Source: Isurus oxyrinchus (Eukaryota). Taken from it: DNA of 64,000 bases. The stretch lies in NCBI GenBank assembly GCA_026770705.1, contig JANJGN010000016.1, forward strand, positions 88,474,001 to 88,538,000, read 5' to 3'. Below are positions 10,708-21,459 of the stretch, one piece after another. How positions within the stretch are numbered: position 1 is the stretch's first letter; every line of letters starts with the position of its first letter. Position numbers and translations under genes: made by a program. Under the pieces are notes generated by a model that was not told the origin of the DNA, ran no database searches, and saw only the letters and a program-made list of their open reading frames with translations.

Positions 10708-13700
10708 TTTTTTTTAAACATTCATTCACGGGATGTGGGCTTCACTGGCTGGGCCAGCATTTATTGCCCGTCCCTATTGCCCTTGAGAAGGTGGTGGTGA
10801 GCTGCCTTCTTGAACCGCTGCAGTCCATGTGGTGTAGGTACACCCACAGTGCTGTTAGGGAGGGAGTTCCAGGATTTTGACCCCGTGACAGTGAAGGAAT
10901 GGCGATATATTTCCAAATCAGGATGGTGAGTGACTTGGAGGGAAACACCCAGGTGGTGGTGTTCCCTTGTGTCCACTGCCCTTGTCTTTCTGGATGGTAG
11001 TGGTCGTGGGTTTGGAAGGTCCTGTCTAAGGGGCCTTGGTGAATTCCTGCATCTTGTAGATGGTACACACTGCTGCTACTGTGCGTCAGTGGTGGGGGGA
11101 GTGAACGTTTGTGGATGTGGTGCCAATCAAGTGGGCTGTTTTGTCCTGGATGGTATCCAGCTTCTTGAGTGTTGTGGGAGGTGTACTCATTCAGGCAAGT
11201 GGGGAGTATTCCATCACACTCCTGACTTGTGCCTTGTAGATGGTGGACAGGCTTTAGGGAGTCAGGAGGTGGGTTACTCATCGCAAGATTCCTAGCCTCT
11301 GAGCAGTATTTATATTGCTAATCCAGTTCAGTTTCTGGTCAATGGTAACCCCCAGGATGTTGATAGTGGGGGATCCAGTGATGATAATGACATTGAACAT
11401 CAAGGGGCTATGGTTGGATTCTCTCTTGTTGGAGATGGTCATTGCCTGAGACTGTGTGGCGCGAATGTTACTTGCCACTTGTCAGTCCAAGCCTGGATAT
11501 TGTTCAGGTCTTGCTGCATTTGGACATGGACTTTCAGTATCTGAGGAATTGCGAATGGTGCTGAACATTGTGCAATCATCAACGAACATCCCCACTTCTG
11601 ACCTTATGATTGAAGGAAGGTCATTGACGAAGCAGCTGAAAATTGTTGGGCCGAGGGCACTACCCTGAGGAACTCCTGCAGTGATGTCCTGGAACTGAGA
11701 TGACTGACCTCCAACAACCACAATCGTCTTCCTTTGTGCTCAGAGTGACTCCAACCAGCAGAGCGTTTTCCCCCTGATTCCCATTGACTCCAGTTTTGCT
11801 CAGGCTCCTTGATGCAACACTCAGTCAAATGTGGCCTGGATGTCAGGGGCAGTCACTCTCACCTCACCTCAGGACTTCTGGTCTTTTGTCGATGTTTGAA
11901 CCAAGGCTGTATTGAGGTCAGGAGCTGAGTGCCCCTGGTGGAACCCAAACTGGTTGTCAGTGAGCAGGTTATTGCTAAGCAAGTGCCGCTTGATAGCACT
12001 GTTGATGACCCCTTCCATTGCTTTACTGATGATGGAGAAGAGGCTGATGGGGCGATAATTGGCCGGGTTGGATTTGTCCTGCTTTTTGTGTACGGGACAT
12101 GCCTGGGCAATTTTCCACATAGCTGGGTAGATGATACCAGTGCTGTAGCTGTAGCTGTACTGGAACAGCTTGGCTAGGGGTGCAGCAAGTTCTGGAGCAC
12201 AAGTCTTCAGTAATATTGCCGGAATGTTGTCAGGGCCCATAGCCTTTGCAGTATCCAGTGCCTTCAGCCATTTCTTGATATCACGTGGAGTGAATCGAAT
12301 TGGCTGAAGACTGGCATCTGTGATGCTGGGGACCTCTAGAGGAGGCCGAGATGGATCATCCACTCGGCACTTCTGGCTGAAGATTGTAGCAAATGCTTCA
12401 GCCTTATCTTTCACAATGATGTGCTGGCTCCCCCATCATTGAGGATGAAGATATTTGTGGAGCCTCCTCCTCCAGTGAGTTGTGTAATTGTCATTCACGA
12501 CTGGATGTGGCAGGACTGCAGAGCTTAGATCTGATCTGTTGGTTGTGGGATCGCTTTAGCTCTGTCTATCACTTGCTGCTTATGTTGTTTGGCACACAAG
12601 TAGTCCTGTGTTATAGCTGCACCAGGTTTTAACCTCATTTTTAGGTATGCCTGGTGCTGCTCCTGGCATGCCCTCCTGCATTCTTCATTGAACCAGTGTT
12701 GATCCCCTGGCTGGATGGTAATGGTAGAGTGGGGGATATGCCAGGCCATGAGGTTACAGATTGTGTTTCAGTACAATTCTGCTGCTGCTGATGGCCCACA
12801 GTGACTCATGGATACCCAGTCTTGAGTTGCTAGACCTGTTTGAAATCTATCCCATTTAGCACTGTGGTAGTGCCACACAACACAATGGAGGGTTTCCTCA
12901 ATGTGAAGGTGGGACTTCGTCTCCACAATGACTGTGCTGCGGTCACTCCTACTGATACTGACAGGTGCATCTGTAGCAGGCAGGTTGGTGAAGATGAGGT
13001 CAAGTATGTTTTTCCCATTTGTTGGTTCCCTCACCACCCGCTACAGACCCAGTTTAGCAGCTATGTCATTTGGAGCTTGGCCAGCTGGGTCAGTAGTGGT
13101 GTTACCGGGCCAGTCTTGATGATGGTCATTGAAGTCCCCCACCCAGAGTACATTCAGCATGCTTAACACCCTCTGTCCTTCCTCCAAGTGGTGTTCAACA
13201 TGGAGGGGCACTGATTCATCAGCTGAGGGAGGGCAGTACGTGATAATCAGCAGGAAGTTTCCTTGCCCACGTTTGACCTGATGCCATGAGACTTCACGGT
13301 GTATAGAGGTGATGGTGAGGGCTCCCAGGGCAGATCCCTCCTGACTGTACACCACTGTACCACCACCTCTGTTGGGTCTGTCCTGCCGGTGGGACAGGAC
13401 ATACCCAGGGATGGTGATGGTGGTATCTGGGACATTGTCTGTAAGGTATGATTCCATGAGGATGACTCTGTCAGGCTGTTGCTTGACTAGTCTGAGACAG
13501 CTCTCCCAATTTTGGCACTAGCCCCCAGATGTTAGTAAGGAGGACTTCGCAGGGTCGACATGGCTGAGATTGCTGTTGTCATTTCTGGTGCCGAGGTCGA
13601 TGCTGGGTGGTCTGTCCGGTTTCATTCCTTTTTTGTGACTTTGCAGCAGTTTGATACAACTGAATGGTGGCTGGGCCATTTCAGAGGGCATCTAAGATTC

Positions 13701-13770
13701 AACCACATTGCTGTGGGTCTGGAGTCACATGTAGGCCACCAGGTAAGGACAACAGATTTCCTTCCCTAAA
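10708..13770 (-). mobile_element. Near-full-ORF2 CR1-clade LINE (HER1-like), pseudogenised by frameshifts and stops
   Basis: APE endonuclease motifs (ESYL..IPGY..RQDRPNRGGG, VGDFN, ILDL) at 12768-13457. RT motifs (KAMGPDNIP, PANYRPISL, QFGF, GVPQGSALGP, MFVDD) at 11482-12414. 3' tail GGGCAATAAATGCTGGCCCAGCCAG...GAATGAATG plus A-run at 10708. Confidence 0.9.
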
Positions 13771-13845
13771 GGACATGGAATTTCGATGGAGATCAGCCAA
13801 GATCTAATTAAGTGGCAGCATAGGCTCAGGGGCTGAATGGTCTTT
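13771..13845 (+). mobile_element. CR1 3'-end fragment, second part
   Basis: GATCAGCCAAGATCTAATTAAGTGGCAGCATAGGCTCAGGGGCTGAATGG is typical CR1 3'-terminal sequence and colinear with 10517-10707. Confidence 0.6.
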
Positions 13846-13942
13846 CTTTTATTCTTTCATAGGATACGGGTGTCACTGACCGCCAGCATTTATTGCTCAT
13901 CCCCAAATTACCCTGGAACTGAGTGACTTGCTAGGCCATTGC
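13846..13942 (-). mobile_element. HE1-like SINE 3' tail fragment
   Basis: Reverse complement matches the SINE/LINE tail at 16490-16585. Confidence 0.6.
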
Positions 13943-13954
13943 AAAATGGTAACA

Positions 13955-14672
13955 AACCCAAGTTAAAGGCTCTATATCTGACTGCATGCAGCATTGTAAA
14001 AAAATGGATGAATTATTAGCACAGGTAGAAATAAACATGTCTGACCTGACAGCCATCACAGAGACATGGCTGCAGGTTGACAAAGGCTGGGACCTGAACA
14101 AAAACAAAAACAGAAATACCTGGAAAAACTGAACAGGTCTGGCAGCATGTATTTCACATTTCAAAAAGACAGGAAGCTAGGAAAAGGTGGTGGGGCAGCT
14201 CTGTTAATTAAGGATGTCATTAGTACAGTAGTAAGAGATTACCTTAGCTTGAAAGAGCAAGATGTTGAATCAGTTTGGATAGAGTTAAGAAATAGGAAAG
14301 GTAAGAGGTCACCTGTGGGAGTAGTTTATAGGCTCCCTAACAGTAGTTACACTGTAGGACAGCATGTACAGGAAAAAATAAATGGGGCGTGTAAGAAAGG
14401 CACCAGGAAAATCATGGGTGACTTTACAATGGGTGACAATCTACACGTAGATTGGGCAAATCAGATTGGGCAAAGGTAGCCTGGAAAATGAGTTTATAGA
14501 ATATATGTGGGACAATTTCTTACAGCAATATGTTCTAGAGCCAACCAACAAGCAGGCTATTCTGGACCTAGTAATGAGCAATGAGACAGGATCAATCAAT
14601 AACCTCATGGTAAAGGAACCTTTAAGTGACAGTGATCTTAACATAATAGAATTTCATTTTCAGTTTGAAGGG
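13955..14672 (+). mobile_element. CR1 ORF2 endonuclease fragment with a short Penelope-end insert (about 14097-14147)
   Basis: ITETWLQ, KDRKLGKGGGAALLIK, GVVYRLPN, IMGDF and LQQYVLEPT..AILDLV motifs; frameshifted. Confidence 0.8.
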
Positions 14673-14674
14673 GA

Positions 14675-14985
14675 GATGTGTATCTCACCTCCCTATCTTT
14701 GTAATCTCCTGCAACCTATAATACTCTGAGGTACCTGCCCTCCTCCAATGTTGGCTTCCAGCTTATCCCTGATTTCAGTTGCTCCACCTCTGGTGGCTGT
14801 GCTTTCAGAGGTCCCATGCTCTGGAATTCCCTCCTTAAAATCAACCTCTTTAACCAAGCTTAATATCTGCCATGATATTTCCATATGCGGCTTGGTGTCA
14901 AACTTTGTTTGATTAAGCTCCTGTGAAGCACCTTGGGATGTTTTGCTATGTTAAGGGTGCTACACAAGTGCAAATTGTTGCTGTA
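14675..14985 (+). mobile_element. L2-type LINE 3' end
   Basis: CTCTGGAATTCCCTCCTTAAAATCAACCTCTTTAACCAAGC...GTGAAGCACCTTGGGATG...GGTGCTACACAAGTGCAAATTGTTG tail, shared with the SINEs at 17385 and 20860. Confidence 0.65.
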
Positions 14986-14989
14986 GTTG

Positions 14990-15248
14990 GGAAAGATAAT
15001 TGGCAAAAGAATCAGAAAGGGAGGTGAGGAGAATTTTTTTCCGACTTGGCAAGTTTCTCTGCTCTGGAGCGCACTGCCTGAACTGATTCAATAGTAACTT
15101 TCAACAGGGAATGGGATAAATGGTTGAAATGGAAAAGGTTGCAGGACATTGGAGAAAGAGTCGGGGAGTGGGACTAATCAGACAGCTCTTTTAAGAGCAC
15201 CAGTCTGTTGAATGAACAGTTTCCTCTGTGCTGTAGGATTCTATGATT
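14990..15248 (+). mobile_element. Degenerate CR1 3' fragment
   Basis: GAGGAGAATTTTTTT...TGGAGCGCACTGCCTGAA...GTGGGACTAA...CCTCTGTGCTGTAGGATTCTATGA tail. Confidence 0.55.
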
Positions 15249-15254
15249 AAGGAG

Positions 15255-16585
15255 AACTCTTGCTGAGTCCAGAGACCCAGGCTAATGCACTGGGGACACA
15301 GGTTCAAATCCCACCACGGCAGCTGGTGTAATTTAAATTCAATTAATAAATCTGAAATTGAAAGCTACTCTCAGTAATGATGAAATTATCGATTGTTGTA
15401 AAAACCCATATGATTCACAAATGTCTTTAGTCATAGTCATAGAGTCGTAGAGGTCTACAGCCACAGAAAAAGGCCCTTCGGCCCATCGAGTCTGCGCCAG
15501 TCAAACAAGTACCTAACTATTCTAATCCCATTTTCCAGCACTAGGCCCATAGCCTTGTCTGCCATGGCATCGCAAATGTACATCCAAGTACTTCTTAAAT
15601 GTCATGAGGGTTTCTGCCTCTACCCCCCTTTCAGGCAGAGAGTTCCAGATTCCCACCACCCTCTGGGTGAAAAAATTCTTCCTCACATCCCCTCTAAACC
15701 TCCTGCCCCTTACCTTAAATCCATGCCCCCCAGTTACTGAACCCTCCACCAAGGGGAAAAGTTCCTTCCTGTCTATCCTATGTCCCTCATAATTTTATAC
15801 ACCTCAATCATGTCCCTTCTCAGTCTCCCCTGCTCCAAGGAAAATAATCCTAGTCTATCTAATCCCTCCTCATAGCTAAAATTCTCCAGCCCAGGCAACA
15901 TCCTGGTAAATCTCCTCTGCACTCTCTCTAGTGCGATCACATCCTTCCTATAATGCGGATTCCAGAACTGCACGCAATACTCTAGCTGTGGCCTAACCAG
16001 TGTTTTATACAGTTCCAGCATAACCTCTCTGTTCTTATATTCTATGCCTTGGTTAATAAAGGCAAGTATCCCATATGCCTTCCTACCCACCTTATCTACC
16101 TGTCCCGCTACTTTAAGGGACCAGTGGACATGCACACCCAGGTCCCGCTGATCCCTGGTTCTTCCCAGGGTCCTACCATTCACCGTGTATTCCTGTGCCT
16201 TGTTTGTCCTGCCCAAGCGCATCACCTCACACTTATCCGGATTAACTTCCATTTGCCACTGACCAGACCATCTGACCAGCCCGTCTATATCCTCCTGTAA
16301 TCTAAGTCTATCCTCCTCACTATTTACCACCCCACCAGTTTTTGTGTCATCCGCAAACTTACTGATCAACCCTCCTACATTCAAGTCTGAATTTAGGGAA
16401 GGAAATCTGTTGTGCTTACCTGGTCTGGCCTAGATCTGACTCCAGACCCACAGCTGTGTGGCTGACTCTTAACTGCCCTCTGAAATGACCTAGCAAGCCA
16501 TTCAGTTCAAGGGCAATTAAGGGCGGGCAACAAATACTGGCCCTGCCAGCGATGCCCACATTCCACAGAAGAATAAAGAAAAACA
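15255..16585 (+). mobile_element. HE1-like tRNA-derived SINE split by a CR1 insertion
   Basis: B-box GGTTCAAATCCC at 15301-15312. 5' half ends at 15430 and resumes at 16392. 3' tail matches the HER1-like LINE tail. Confidence 0.75.
15431..16391 (-). mobile_element. Relatively young 5'-truncated CR1 LINE (RT C-terminus and 3' tail)
   Basis: ORF 15773-16384(-): ISKFADDTKTGG..LQEDID..RDLGVHV..LYKTLVRPQLEYCVQFW..LERVQRRFTRM. (CTATGA)n tail at 15431-15442. Flanked by TTTAG direct repeats. Confidence 0.93.
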
Positions 16586-16984
16586 AAAGCTGGTTCGAGA
16601 GTTGAAAGCAGGGGAATCAGGTTGGCTTCAAATGTCCCAATATAGATGTACCTGAGGGAGCATTCAAGAACAAACTGATCCATTTATTAGCAGAGGGGAA
16701 AACAAGAAGGGAAATAGTTGAATCCTCTGATTTTTCAAATGGTCTACACCATCAGCTTGTTGCTGCAATTGGGCTAACCTTTCCAGTCCCTGAGTTTTCA
16801 ATCACTTTGACTCAGGCCATCAGTCACTACTACATTGACCTGGGAACACCAGTGACTTGGGTAAGGCCGAGGTGTGACTGAGGTAAGAGGTTGCAGAGTG
16901 ATGAGGACAGGAGATTAGGGAGGTGTAACAAATGCTGGCCTAGCCAGCAATGCGAGCAAATGAATAAAAAAAAAGTGTTGCTCA

Positions 16985-17378
16985 ACACAGCCTGTTCTGC
17001 CCACCATTCAATTATATCATTGCTGATCTGTAACTGATTTCCATCCAGCTGCCATGGTTCCACATCTCCTGATATCCTTACCTGACATAAGTCTAAATCT
17101 CCGTCTTGAAAGTTCCAATCGAGCCTCAATCTTGGCATCTTTTCTGGTGGGGTGGGGGTTGAGTTCCAGATTTCCACTCTCCTTTGTGTGAAGAGGGGGA
17201 AATAATTTCTCTCTCTCTATTCTATCAAATCCATTGACCATTGGCCAGTTTTTCCCCACAATTTAGTGAACTCTGGTGTATATAAACTGACCTGGTCCCC
17301 ATAATGTATCATTCTGCTGGCTTTACCCTGTCCAAAGCCAAATACATACCCTTCCTGAGATGTGGTGCCAAGACCTAA
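16985..17378 (-). mobile_element. Degenerate CR1 3' fragment
   Basis: Minus-strand remnants of RIEREKLFP, ..EIWNS.. and the CAGATCAGCAATGATATAATTGAATGGTGGGCAGAACAGGCT terminus. Confidence 0.55.
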
Positions 17379-17384
17379 AGGCGT

Positions 17385-17782
17385 CTTGAATTTTAATAGC
17401 GCCTTTCACTACCTTAGGATGCCCCAAGGCATTTTACAGCCAGTGAAGTACTTTTGAAGGGTAGTCACTGTTGGAATATAGGCAGCCAATTTGAGCACAG
17501 CATGCTCCCACAAACAGCAATGTGATCATCTGTTTCAGTGATGTTAATGGAGGGGATAAATATTGGCCAGGACACCAGGAAGAACTCCCCTGCTCTCCTT
17601 CGAAATACTGCCATTGGGTTTTTTTACATTCCTGTGAGCAGGCAGGTGAGGCCTTGGTTCAGTGTAAGGTCCTAAAGTCGAGAGTGCATCACCCCCTCAG
17701 TACCGCACTGGAGTGTTAAGATGGTAATTTTGTGCCCAAATTTCCAGAGTGGGATTTGAACCCTCAACCTTTTGACTCAGTG
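17385..17782 (-). mobile_element. tRNA-derived SINE with L2-type tail (DeuSINE/SacSINE1-like)
   Basis: B-box-like GGTTCAAATCCC on - at about 17751-17762. Central GAGCAGGGGAGTTCT..CCTGGTGTCCTGGCCAATATTTATCCC domain. Homologous to 20860-21256. Confidence 0.7.
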
Positions 17783-17958
17783 GGTGGGGGGTGGTGGTTG
17801 TTGGGGTGAGACTGCTTGTTACTGAAACAAGGCTGACACTCTGAAACTGAGCACAGATGGAATCCAGTCAGAGCTTTATAAAAATATAGCCCCAGCTTTC
17901 TCTTGTTTATATTCCAGCACCCAAGGTACAGGCTGATATTCCATTAGCTTTTAAAGGA

Positions 17959-18344
17959 TAAAAACAGAAAATGATGGAAACACTCAACAAGTCTGGCAGC
18001 ATCTGTGGAGAGAGGAATAGAGTCAGTGTTTCAGGTCAATGACCTTTCATCAGAATGGGGTCTTGTAGAGTTTCTCGAAAAGCTGAAAGCTGTAGCTACT
18101 AGAGCCATGAGGAGCGGTGAAGGGGAGGCTATCAAGGCACTCACGCGCCTCAACTTGAGCTGCTGTTCATCTGCTGAGGGCTTCATCCGACAATTCGCGA
18201 GGGTCCAGCTTGGAGCGAGGGTCACCTGGGGTTGAGGTGACTCTTAAGACGACACTGTTTCGATGGAAGACTAGGGAGTTCCGTTTTTCTCTCTCCACAG
18301 ATGCTGCCAGACCAGACGAGCTTTTCCAGCATTTGTGATTTTTA
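17959..18344. mobile_element. Penelope-type inverted-repeat element enclosing an unrelated insert
   Basis: About 60-bp imperfect inverted repeats (17959-18020 and 18284-18344) with perfect core GTCTGGCAGCATCTGTGGAGAGAG. Degenerate hammerhead CTGATGA-A-AGGTC(ATT)GACCT-GAAAC on - at about 18028-18053. Confidence 0.7.
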
Positions 18345-18629
18345 TTTTACATTAACGAGACTGACTTGAAGCCGGAGGAAGTCTCCTCCCTGCAGGCCAG
18401 GATTCTTTTCACCCAGTTCCAAGTGGGTGCTCTAACAGAGCTCTGTGTTAGTCAGCAAAGCCAATTTAACGGGTGTGATTCTGTCCTGGTGTCACCGAGC
18501 ATGAGGCTGGGACCTATCACTGCCAATTTAGTTCATTGTTAACGGGCTTTCCACAAGAGATCACGCAAAGTACAACAGGTGCTACAATGGGAAGCTGATC
18601 CTAAGGTGAGTGCAGGAGGGTGACATTCA

Positions 18630-18758
<129 letters not shown>

Positions 18759-19029
18759 TTACTGTTGTTCCTGTTAGTCAACACGGGGAATGAGTATTCC
18801 ACAGGGGGGAAAAAAGGAGAGGGGGATGGAGACAGGGGGAATCCTCAGTCTCATTCCCAAATCAGAATCACAATATTTACTGTCCAGACAATCCACTCCG
18901 GGGGGAGGGGGGGGGGGGTGCTTGGGGCACCAGCTGGTGTTGGAGGGGGGTGGGTGGTGGTCGGGGGCTGTCTGGATCAGGGAGTGGGGGGGGCATACCG
19001 TCTAAGAGGAGGGGCCATCAGGTCCATGG

Positions 19030-19492
19030 AGACACCCGGCTGGGAGGAGGGGGGCTCTCTGGACTGGGGGAGACACCAGCTGGGAGGAGGGGACTGTCTG
19101 GTCCGGGAAGACACTGGCTGGGAGGAGGGGGCTGTCTGGACTGGGGAGACACTGGCTGGGAAGAGGGGGCTGTCTGGTCCGGGAAGACACTGGTTGGGAG
19201 GAGGGGGCTGTCTGGTCCGGGAAGACACTGGCTGGGAGGAGGGGGCTGTCTGGTCCGGGAAGACATTGGCTGGGAGGAGGGGGCTGTCTGGTCCGGGAAG
19301 GACACTGGCTGGGAGGAGGGGGCTGTCTGGACTGGGGGAGGACACTGGCTGGGAAGAGGGGGCTGTCTGGTCCGGGAAGACACTGGCTGGGAGGAGGGGG
19401 CTGTCTGGACTGGGGAGACACTGGCTGGTAGGAGGGGGCTGTCTGGACTGGGGAGACACTGGCTGGTAGGAGGGGGCTGTCTGGTCCGGAGT
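19030..19492. repeat. 37-39-bp G-rich minisatellite, about 12 copies
   Basis: GACACTGGCTGGGAGGAGGGGGCTGTCTGG followed by either TCCGGGAA or ACTGGGGA; two unit variants interspersed. Confidence 0.93.
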
Positions 19493-19725
19493 GACACTGT
19501 CTGAGAGGAGCTGTTGGTGGATAGGCTCCACTACTTGTTATCCAAGTTTGTTTGTTGGCCTAAACCTGGGAGCTGGGCCACAGGACACCAACAAGCAGCA
19601 GAGTTAGGAGCTGCTCCAGAGAATTGTCATCCCATTGAACAGGAACTAAATTACAGGCAAACCCCACGCTCTGGCCCACCCAGTTACACTGACACAAGCT
19701 GCTCACAGCAGATGCAGAATATTTA

Positions 19726-20742
<1,017 letters not shown>

Positions 20743-20859
20743 TCATCCATATGCGGAGTTCTTACACAGTCATCATTCACCACGACAGGCATTCTAGCTT
20801 CTAAAACATGTGACTTCCTGCTGAAGCTGCAGCACTGTTGGCCACCCTTCCGTAGCTAA

Positions 20860-21256
20860 CAGTCACCTTTCAGCCACAACGCTGGAGGCTCAAATCCCGC
20901 ATCAGAGATTTGAGCGCATCATTAAGTCTGACACTGAGGTGCAGTACTGAGGCAGCGCTGCACTGTCACAGGTGCTGTCTTTCATTACTCAGTAGCTCCC
21001 TCTGCTCTCTGGCAGGTGTAAAAAGTTTCCTCGGCATTACTTCCAAGAGCAGGGGAGATATTGCCCTGTGTCGAGGTCTCAAACAACATCAGGATCTGGT
21101 CATTTTCACACTGACAAATGGGAGCTTGCTGTGTGCTATTTGGCCACCATGTTTCCCACATTCTAACATTACATTTCAGAAGTATTTTAACTGACTGAAA
21201 GTCAGCTTGGGATGTCCTGAGGTTGTGAAAGGTGCTATAGAAATGCAACGTTTCCT
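20860..21256 (+). mobile_element. tRNA-derived SINE with L2-type tail (DeuSINE/SacSINE1-like)
   Basis: Degenerate B-box GGCTCAAATCCC, GTGCAGTACTGAGG..GCTGCACTGTC, AAGAGCAGGGGAG, and tail TTGGGATGTCCTGAGGTTGTGAAAGGTGCTATAGAAATGCAA. Confidence 0.7.
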
Positions 21257-21319
21257 TTATATTTCTAACCTTTGTACACACAGATATTCTACACAGTTTA
21301 AATCAGTTACTTCCCTCAC

Positions 21320-21359
21320 CTGATCCAGGTCACTCCTCAGGGCGATCTTGCTGGTGACA
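21320..21359 (-). CDS. RABGAP1L: RABGAP1L-like coding exon, 5' part lost in the assembly gap
   Basis: ..VTSKIALRSDLDQ|GTGAGG, running directly into the N run. Confidence 0.88.
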
Positions 21360-21459
21360 NNNNNNNNNNNNNNNNNNNNNNNNNNNNNNNNNNNNNNNNN
21401 NNNNNNNNNNNNNNNNNNNNNNNNNNNNNNNNNNNNNNNNNNNNNNNNNNNNNNNNNNN
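21360..21459. other. Assembly gap (100 N, placeholder size)
   Basis: Exactly 100 N characters. Confidence 0.99.

Noticed and set aside
15301-15312. tRNA gene (B-box GGTTCAAATCCC; also near 17755 and 20895)
   Set aside because: No cloverleaf; these are heads of tRNA-derived SINEs.
16650-16800. Short open stretch on - (..GLERLAQLQQQADGVDHLK..) as an alternative RABGAP1L exon
   Set aside because: The flanking exons (..EIVK | GKVL..) already join as in the known protein; no convincing in-frame acceptor or recognisable homology.
18765-19531. Gly/Trp- and Pro/Ser-rich ORFs of 139-234 aa
   Set aside because: Translations of the 38-bp minisatellite.
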